From contig CAYMSV010000003.1 of NCBI GenBank assembly GCA_964393205.1, positions 34,608-98,607 of the forward strand: a stretch of DNA of 64,000 bases, read 5' to 3'. This stretch comes from an uncultured Pseudomonadales bacterium. Its GTDB lineage: Bacteria; Patescibacteriota; Microgenomatia; UBA1400; PJMF01. Shown one piece after another: positions 57,510 through 64,000 of this stretch. Within the stretch, counting starts at the first letter, position 1. Every line of letters begins with the position of its first letter. Made by a program: the position numbers and the translations under genes. Under the pieces are notes generated by a model that had not been told where the DNA came from, made no database searches, and was given only the letters and a program-made list of their open reading frames with translations.

Positions 57510-58382
57510 TTAGTTATTTACAAATTTTTTGATGGCGGTCCAAATCTCTGGATTATTTTTAGCAACATTAAGGTTGGCTAACAACCAACCTAATGGATAA
57601 CCTCCGTCAAGATATTCTCCGCTAGGTTGATGAATAACAACCTTTTCAGTAAGAGCCAGTTGACTGATGGTGTCCGTGATATAAAGTTCTCCTGATTGAG
57701 GATTAGGTTGTTGAACGCTGATTAAATCAAAAATCGTTTTAGGCAAAATATATTTGCTGATATTAGCTAAATTAGAAGGAGCAGCTCCTGGTGCTGGTTT
57801 CTCAATTAAAGCTTGTAAATAGCGGAAATTATTTTCACTAGCTAGTTTAGCAATTCCGTAGCGATGCAGCATCTCTTCTGGTTTTTCAATGCAAGTCACT
57901 AAACCTTTCGCACCGGATTCTTCGAAAGTTTTAATCATTGCTGCCACTTCACTATGACCATTATGGTTATAGATGAAGTCATCACCCATTAGGACTAAAA
58001 AAGCCTCTTCATCTTTTAAATATTCTTTAGCTAACTGAACTGGTACAGCTGTTCCATAATTTTCAGCATCAGGTTGTCTGACAAAATGAAAATTGGCTTT
58101 TTGATGTAATTGTTTAATTGAATCGTAAAGTTCAAGTTTATTATTTTTTTGTAAGTATTGATGTAATCTTTGGTTTTCTCGATAGTAATGAAGAACTTGA
58201 TAATTATGTTCACTGATTACAAAAATAATATCGGTAATGCCAGCTCTAATACAGTCATCTACCACATAATCAATTAATGGTCGATCTAAAATTGGCAACA
58301 TTTCTTTTTGAATAGTTTTACTGATGGGTAAGAATCTAGTACCAAATCCAGCGCAAGTAATCACTGCTTTACTTATTTTCAT
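57510..58382 (-). CDS. galU: UTP--glucose-1-phosphate uridylyltransferase
   Basis: KAVITCAGFGTRFLPISKTIQKEMLPILDRPLIDYVV. Confidence 0.8.
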   Translation of the reverse strand: MKISKAVITCAGFGTRFLPISKTIQKEMLPILDRPLIDYVVDDCIRAGITDIIFVISEHNYQVLHYYRENQRLHQYLQKNNKLELYDSIKQLHQKANFHFVRQPDAENYGTAVPVQLAKEYLKDEEAFLVLMGDDFIYNHNGHSEVAAMIKTFEESGAKGLVTCIEKPEEMLHRYGIAKLASENNFRYLQALIEKPAPGAAPSNLANISKYILPKTIFDLISVQQPNPQSGELYITDTISQLALTEKVVIHQPSGEYLDGGYPLGWLLANLNVAKNNPEIWTAIKKFVNN

Positions 58383-58422
58383 ATTTTATCTTTGTAGCAT
58401 ATTTTTGTATAATTGTTAAGTT

Positions 58423-59007
58423 ATGCAGTTTATTTTAGCATCACAATCGCCACAAAGGGCAAGTCTTTTGGCCACCCTACCTTATAATTTTAAATTATTG
58501 TCAGCTGCAATTGATGAAGCAGCCATTTCTTTTAAAAATCCTAAAGATAAAGCCAAGCGCATCGCTTTAGCCAAGGCTGAAACAGTAGCAAAAAAAATTA
58601 ATGGAGAATCCATTATTATTGCTGCGGACACTTTTTGTTTATGTAAGGGGAAAATTTTAGAGAAACCCAAAAACAAATCAGAGGCGCGTCAAATGTTAGA
58701 ATTACAAAATGGTCAAGAAATTAAAGCTATTACTGGATATGCTTTTATTTATCAAAATGGCGAACAAAAAATTATTAAAAATAATAGTGTGACGACAAAA
58801 CTTCGTTTTCGTAAATTATTAAGGAGTGAAATTGAAAATTATATTACCCACCAACCAGTTTTAACTTGGTCGGCTGCTTTTAGCCCAGCTTATGATGCTG
58901 GAATGGCCTTATTGCTTTCTTCTGAAGGAAATTTAACTGCTTTTACACATGGTTTGCCAATTAATCTAGTAGTTGATTTTATTAATCAACAACTTCAATT
59001 AAATTAG
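58423..59007 (+). CDS. maf: Maf-like nucleoside triphosphate pyrophosphatase
   Basis: FILASQSPQRASLL ... IIAADT. Confidence 0.8.
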   Translation: MQFILASQSPQRASLLATLPYNFKLLSAAIDEAAISFKNPKDKAKRIALAKAETVAKKINGESIIIAADTFCLCKGKILEKPKNKSEARQMLELQNGQEIKAITGYAFIYQNGEQKIIKNNSVTTKLRFRKLLRSEIENYITHQPVLTWSAAFSPAYDAGMALLLSSEGNLTAFTHGLPINLVVDFINQQLQLN

Positions 59008-59966
59008 GCATATATTACAAACATTACGCCAACAAACCAAATAAAAACAGTAACTAGCAGAATTTTGTCTTTTATCAAAACATCAACTGGCGCCTCGCCT
59101 CGATTTTCTTCATAAACAAGTTGTAGATAACGCATAATGCCAAAAATTACAAAAGGTAAAGTTAACATTAATAATTTTTGGGATTGAAGAGTGCGTGGTA
59201 AATTAATTACTAAATTAGGAAAATGTTCATAGAGTAAATGTAAGCCATCGCCTGGAGAATTTTGAAAGGCAAATAAAGCATAGGTTAGCCAAGTAGACGT
59301 TGCAAAAATACTAGTATATTGATCTAGTAAACGGATGCTGTAGGTGTCTAAGCTTTTTCTAGCAAAAGATAATTTGTGTTCAGTCATTAGAGTTCTCTCA
59401 CTTTGTCTTTTTCCAACAGCCATGAACAGAGACATAGAGATTACCGTTAGTAAAAACCAAACACTCATGTGTAAGTTGACTACCACTGCTCCTGCATAAA
59501 CCCTGATTAAAAAACCACCAGCTATGGAAATAATATCGAAAATAGCAATTTGTTTAAGATAGCTTGAATAAGCAAGTTGTAGGATTAAATAGGCAAAGAG
59601 TAAAATTTTAAAAACAATTGGTAAGGATAAACTTAACCAAAAGACCACAGCCCAACAAAAAGCAATTGCAAAAATGGCTATTGGAATTGCTAATTTTCCA
59701 GAAGCAAGGGGGCGATTTTTTTTGAAGGGGTGTTTACGGTCAGCTTCAATATCAATTAAATCGTTTAAGATATAAGTACTACTAGTCAGTAGACAAAAGA
59801 TAGCAAAAGCATAGGTGACCATCCAGAAGTAAGATGGTCCAGTTTCAGGTTTGAAAAAGAAGAACCCTGAAAAAACCAAGGAGGCATACAAAGCCAAATT
59901 TTTTAACCACTGTTTGGGCCTGGCAGTTTTAATTATTAAGAATAAGGTATTATCTGTGATTGACAT
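59004..59966 (-). CDS. UbiA-family prenyltransferase, decaprenyl-phosphate phosphoribosyltransferase-like
   Basis: NDLIDIEADRKHPFKKNRPLASGKL and second Asp-rich motif; 8-9 TM. Confidence 0.65.
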   Translation of the reverse strand: MSITDNTLFLIIKTARPKQWLKNLALYASLVFSGFFFFKPETGPSYFWMVTYAFAIFCLLTSSTYILNDLIDIEADRKHPFKKNRPLASGKLAIPIAIFAIAFCWAVVFWLSLSLPIVFKILLFAYLILQLAYSSYLKQIAIFDIISIAGGFLIRVYAGAVVVNLHMSVWFLLTVISMSLFMAVGKRQSERTLMTEHKLSFARKSLDTYSIRLLDQYTSIFATSTWLTYALFAFQNSPGDGLHLLYEHFPNLVINLPRTLQSQKLLMLTLPFVIFGIMRYLQLVYEENRGEAPVDVLIKDKILLVTVFIWFVGVMFVIYA

Positions 59967-61008
59967 TGCTTTTAAACTTATTATAAATCAAAAAAGCGAA
60001 GACAAAGCAACTAACTATAACAATGGTAATGATTTTACCGGTAGTGTTGAGGAATAAAGATAAAAATCCCAAAAGAAAACTACTAGCGATATAAAAAAGA
60101 CTAATGCGACGTTTTCCCCAACCAAAATTATCCATTAACTTGTGATGCAGGTGTCCACGATCTCCCCAAAAGGGTGATTTACCAGCCAAAACTCTTCTAA
60201 CTACTGTAAAAAGTCCGTCGGCACTTGGAATTGCTAAAACCATTAAGGTGGTTGCTACCTTAGCTCCAGAAAGAATGGCGAGCACACTTAAAAAGTAACC
60301 GGCCAGAGAACCTCCACCATAACCAGGCATAATTTTTTGTGGATAAAAATTCCAATATAATAAGCCAGCAAATGCTCCTGAAACAATTAGTGCTAATTGA
60401 GCCACATTAAATTGACTAGGGGCATCCTGAAAGCTATTGGCTAAAACAGCAATAAATAAACAGGCAACCATTACAAATCCAGGTAGTTGACCATCAACCC
60501 CTTTTGACCAATTAATAATATTCATGTTCCACATAATAAAAAAAACAGCAAAGGTACTGGATAATAACCAAATGCTTCTAAATTCACCAAACAAGAAAAA
60601 ACGCCACTGAGGCTGATCGAGATGAATAACTCCTGGACCAAAAGGGTTGCTAACGTAAGCTATACCGATACCAGCACCAACAATAATTAATGTAGCTAAG
60701 AGACCGCTTAATAACCTCCAATAAGGACTAATATCAAAAATATCGTCTAAAATACCAACTATGGTTAAAATTAAAGCTCCTAAAAAAATGGCAAACAAAT
60801 AACGATCAAAATTAAGAAAGATTATGGCACTAAAAAAAATTGCTAAGAAAACCGCTAAGCCACCACCTCTAGGAACGCTACTGGTGTGAGTAACTTTAAT
60901 GTGAGAGTTTTTTTTTGGATCATCAAGCCAATTATGTTTACGATAAAGAGCAATTATTAAAGGTGTTATGCTTAGGTTAATAAGGAAGCTAACTATTAAT
61001 GGCCACAT
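59950..61008 (-). CDS. GT4-family polyprenyl-phosphate sugar-1-phosphate transferase (MraY/WecA-like)
   Basis: DD motif (GILDDIFD), NWSKGVDGQ loop, 10 TM. Confidence 0.7.
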   Translation of the reverse strand: MWPLIVSFLINLSITPLIIALYRKHNWLDDPKKNSHIKVTHTSSVPRGGGLAVFLAIFFSAIIFLNFDRYLFAIFLGALILTIVGILDDIFDISPYWRLLSGLLATLIIVGAGIGIAYVSNPFGPGVIHLDQPQWRFFLFGEFRSIWLLSSTFAVFFIMWNMNIINWSKGVDGQLPGFVMVACLFIAVLANSFQDAPSQFNVAQLALIVSGAFAGLLYWNFYPQKIMPGYGGGSLAGYFLSVLAILSGAKVATTLMVLAIPSADGLFTVVRRVLAGKSPFWGDRGHLHHKLMDNFGWGKRRISLFYIASSFLLGFLSLFLNTTGKIITIVIVSCFVFAFLIYNKFKSNVNHR

Positions 61009-61011
61009 AAA

Positions 61012-61395
61012 TTAATTTAAAATAATAACTAATCTTAAAGAGACAGCAAAAATTAAAACTTGTAGTGCTACGGTACTTAATAAAAATACTTGCAAAATAG
61101 TTGGGTGAGCGTTTTTAAAGTTCTTAATAATTAAAAAATGAATGGTATTAATTATTGAAGCCAGTACAGGAAGAATTAGAATAAATTCTTTATTGATTAA
61201 TTGTTGGGTTTCTGGCAAAGAATAAAACAAAGGGATCTTTTCTTGAAGCGATGGGTAAAAGATCAACGAAAAAATTATGGTTAATAAATTAAAAATTACA
61301 CTATATAAAGCTATTTGGCGCAAATTTTTGGGCAAAAAAGTTAAATATTTAAACTTTTTCTTTCTACTAGAAGACTCTTTGAAACTTATATCCAT
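61012..61395 (-). CDS. Hypothetical membrane protein (127 aa)
   Basis: 3 TM; ORF only. Confidence 0.3.
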   Translation of the reverse strand: MDISFKESSSRKKKFKYLTFLPKNLRQIALYSVIFNLLTIIFSLIFYPSLQEKIPLFYSLPETQQLINKEFILILPVLASIINTIHFLIIKNFKNAHPTILQVFLLSTVALQVLIFAVSLRLVIILN

Positions 61396-61426
61396 GATTG
61401 TATTATAAACCTTTTTCTTTAAGAGA

Positions 61427-63007
61427 CTATTTTCTAAGATAAAGGTTCATGTGTTGAAATTCAGAATTTATTAAATAGTTTTCTTTGAGATAGGTGTTTA
61501 AATCTGGAAAAGTATCTTGATCATTTCTCATAACCACTATTAATCGAGGTGTTTCCTCTTTAATTTGAGTTAGAGTGCGATCATAATCTTCAAAATCTTT
61601 AATATGAAAAGCTACTGTAAAGCGAGAGCTGGGAACGGTCTTGGTTTGAGCATAAAGCATGGGATTGGTTCCCCAAATAAAGATTTTTTCTAATCCCAAC
61701 TCTTCGATCAATTTTGCTACTTTCTGATTATCTCTGACTAGGCCATTAAAGTTATAGTCATATTCTTCCTTAGTGATCTGACCGCTGACCATTTTCCAAA
61801 ACTGAGAGTAATACTTACTTGTTGAATAGGGTCTAAAATTAAACAAAAGCATAATATAAATTGTTAGAGCAACCAAACCCAATCCACTGGCGATGCTTTT
61901 AAAATTTTTAATTCTATTTTTGTTTTTCAATTCAAGGAAGACCTCCACTAGCATTAGGGCAAATGGTGGAACCATTTGGATAAAATAGTGGGGATAGGGG
62001 CGACTAGACAGTAAACTTGAGTAAAGTGAGGCTACAAACCAAACACTAATGAATTGAAATCGTTTACTAAGTTCTTTAGTGTTTAAAGCAATGAGTATTG
62101 TAAAAGCAAAAAAGTATAAGGTTTTTCCCAACAGAGAAAAAGAAAAATTAAGAAAAGCGGAATTAAGGTTTAGTTGCCAAGATTGGCTATATCGCAGATT
62201 ATATAACAAACCATAATCCAAATAATCTTGAATAGAAGCAAAAAACTGATAATAAAGAATGGAAATCACAATTGGTAGCATGATGCCTAAAGAGAATATT
62301 AAAATTCTCCAAAACAACTGTTGCAGAGTTTTATTCCAATCTTCAAACTTTTTATTAATTGAGAGCATGTCTGATAAAAGTAACAAAGCAAATATGGCCA
62401 GAAAACCGGTTAAATCGAGTAGAGCAGGTACTTTGGTTAAAATGCCTAAGGAGAAAAATAAGCCTGAAACAAACAATAACACACTCTCTTTTCTTTTTGC
62501 TTTCGGCCAAGTGATTTTTTTACTAAAGAAATTTTTCCAAACTTTAGTGTGTGCAAATAAAAGTGCTCCTACCATCACGAAACCCATGACAAACAATTCT
62601 CCGTTAGGAATATGACCCTCCAACCAAGGTAAAGTAGTCAGCAAAACCATGATTAAAGTGGCAAGAAAGCTGGGTAAGTTTTTTTTAAAGAGTTTTTTAG
62701 CAAAAAGCCAAAAGGCAGTAGTTGTCACCAACATCCAGCCCAAATTTAGCAGACGAAAATAAAACTGATTGGGTACTCTGGCTAACTGATAAATTAAGGG
62801 GGTTTTGTGGTCGATAATTGTACTGTAGAGTTGACCACCTTTATTTAGTGCATTACCAATTGTTAGATAAATAGCTTCATCCCCATACCAATAAGGTTCA
62901 AAAAAGTTTGGTATTCTAAGAATTACGACTAAGAACAAGTTTAAAAGTAGAGCTGTTTGATGATCTAAAAACACATCAATTTTTTTAAGGGTTTTTTTGA
63001 TTGACAT
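61427..63007 (-). CDS. GT-C membrane glycosyltransferase (ArnT/PMT-like), third paralog
   Basis: YWYGDEAIYLTIGNALNKGG...DHKTPLIY, ~12 TM. Confidence 0.6.
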   Translation of the reverse strand: MSIKKTLKKIDVFLDHQTALLLNLFLVVILRIPNFFEPYWYGDEAIYLTIGNALNKGGQLYSTIIDHKTPLIYQLARVPNQFYFRLLNLGWMLVTTTAFWLFAKKLFKKNLPSFLATLIMVLLTTLPWLEGHIPNGELFVMGFVMVGALLFAHTKVWKNFFSKKITWPKAKRKESVLLFVSGLFFSLGILTKVPALLDLTGFLAIFALLLLSDMLSINKKFEDWNKTLQQLFWRILIFSLGIMLPIVISILYYQFFASIQDYLDYGLLYNLRYSQSWQLNLNSAFLNFSFSLLGKTLYFFAFTILIALNTKELSKRFQFISVWFVASLYSSLLSSRPYPHYFIQMVPPFALMLVEVFLELKNKNRIKNFKSIASGLGLVALTIYIMLLFNFRPYSTSKYYSQFWKMVSGQITKEEYDYNFNGLVRDNQKVAKLIEELGLEKIFIWGTNPMLYAQTKTVPSSRFTVAFHIKDFEDYDRTLTQIKEETPRLIVVMRNDQDTFPDLNTYLKENYLINSEFQHMNLYLRK

Positions 63008-63060
63008 AAAGCTAATTTTATCTGGAAAAGTGCTAACAGCGCAAGTGCCGTTTTTGTGAT

Positions 63061-64000
63061 CTAATTCTTCTCAGGATTAGAGACTTTTTCTGTAACTCGA
63101 TATTCCATGTATTTTCCAAACATCAGTCTAGTATGAGCATCTATTCCTGGTAGCGCACTAAAAAAGAAACCCACAAGAGGAATTAATAGGAACTCAAGTG
63201 GTTGAGTTATATAAGACCACAGATTCTTGTTAGGTCTAGGTGGTCTATTTTTGGCATCAATAATAAAAATAGCAAGCATTGATATCATAGACAAAGTTAG
63301 TAGTGTAGAAGAAACTTGAGGTAGCGTTTTTCCGATAATGGTACGACCAAACTGCTCATTGAGCAGTGGAGGTAGCATGGCAGAGACGGTAATAGCAAAC
63401 CAGTTAACGGGCCATAAAAAATGATCTTCAATTACTTTTAAAACTCTAATGCTTTTATCGATAAAAGGTACTCTGTCATTAAGAACAAAGTGACGAATAA
63501 TGTAGGCATCGTCACTCACTCCCCAGGCCCAGCGTTTAATTTGTTCATATTGGTTGCGCATGCTACTCCAAAAACCAGTTGATTGGGCGGCATCAGCATA
63601 AATAGGTAAGAAGATGGGTTCTACTTCAAAATCGCCATCTTTAGCAAAATAAGACTTAAAAAACAAACGATAATCTTCTGGAATAACATCTGTATCCCAG
63701 TAACCGATATCTTCTATATGTTTGAGAGAAACAGAATAAGTAGAGAAATTAATTAAACGATCACGTCTAGCTAAGATATAAATTTGCGTAACAGATTGAG
63801 TGGCAGCTAAAACTCTGATTGGAGCTGGTACTTGCCAGATATTATTATAAAAACAAATACCCGCTTGCCAACTTTTATTGTAAGGTTTTTTACTGGTCAA
63901 GAAACTATGTGTTAAATAAGAAAAATAAAAAGGATGCAGGATTGCATCAGCATCTTCACTAGTGATAGTAATGTTTTCTAGAGCTATACCAGCTTCATCT
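63061..64000 (-). CDS. Processive GT2 (cellulose-synthase-like) glycosyltransferase, C-terminal part; gene continues past window end
   Basis: QxxRW motif (QYEQIKRWAWG), C-terminal TM helices; reading frame stays open through position 64000 (…EDADAILHP…). Confidence 0.55.
   Translation of the reverse strand, partial: DEAGIALENITITSEDADAILHPFYFSYLTHSFLTSKKPYNKSWQAGICFYNNIWQVPAPIRVLAATQSVTQIYILARRDRLINFSTYSVSLKHIEDIGYWDTDVIPEDYRLFFKSYFAKDGDFEVEPIFLPIYADAAQSTGFWSSMRNQYEQIKRWAWGVSDDAYIIRHFVLNDRVPFIDKSIRVLKVIEDHFLWPVNWFAITVSAMLPPLLNEQFGRTIIGKTLPQVSSTLLTLSMISMLAIFIIDAKNRPPRPNKNLWSYITQPLEFLLIPLVGFFFSALPGIDAHTRLMFGKYMEYRVTEKVSNPEKN

Noticed and set aside
1-64000. CRISPR arrays / cas genes
   Set aside because: No regularly spaced direct-repeat array seen; no Cas-like protein signatures (no Cas1/Cas2/Cas9/Cas12 motifs) in any ORF

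Overview
AT-rich (~33% GC) window from a small-genome bacterium, most consistent with a Candidate Phyla Radiation (Patescibacteria-like) lineage. Coding is dense and several gene pairs overlap at their start/stop codons. Layout: (i) 1-20 kb housekeeping genes (PlsC, LCP, RluB, TypA/BipA, RarA, peroxiredoxin, ArgG, nitroreductase, patatin) with three tRNA genes (Arg-GCG, Ser-CGA, Ser-GGA). (ii) about 20.5-31.9 kb a prophage-like mobile element (large serine recombinase, terminase large and small subunits, ParB-DNA methyltransferase fusion, XRE repressor, excisionase-family HTH protein). It is bounded by about 30-bp direct repeats, with a third repeat copy at 32.77 kb and a tRNA-like gene at the right end. 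It carries a four-gene cassette of unknown function (zinc-ribbon protein plus PD-(D/E)xK-like nuclease candidate) that I flag as a possible novel defence module. (iii) 33-38 kb: lone trpB, clan GH-A glycosidase, and a sortase with a substrate carrying a non-canonical TPDTG sorting signal. A conspicuously GC-rich (~50%) lipoprotein gene with a long leader follows; the substrate and lipoprotein genes are preceded by a shared ATCCCATAAT-TTGACA promoter motif, and a third motif copy overlaps the sortase start codon. (iv) 38-64 kb cell-envelope glycosylation locus (GT2, YfhO-like, three ArnT/PMT-like GT-C paralogs, epimerase, GalU, UbiA/DPPR-synthase-like, MraY/WecA-like GT4, cellulose-synthase-like GT2), plus a HerA/DUF87 ATPase translationally coupled to a GIY-YIG(YhbQ)-GNAT fusion, and MscL, Ddl, CapA, DnaG, CsoR, TrxA/TrxB, Maf. 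No CRISPR array, no rRNA. All calls rest on motif reading of the translations and by-eye folding; no database search was possible.
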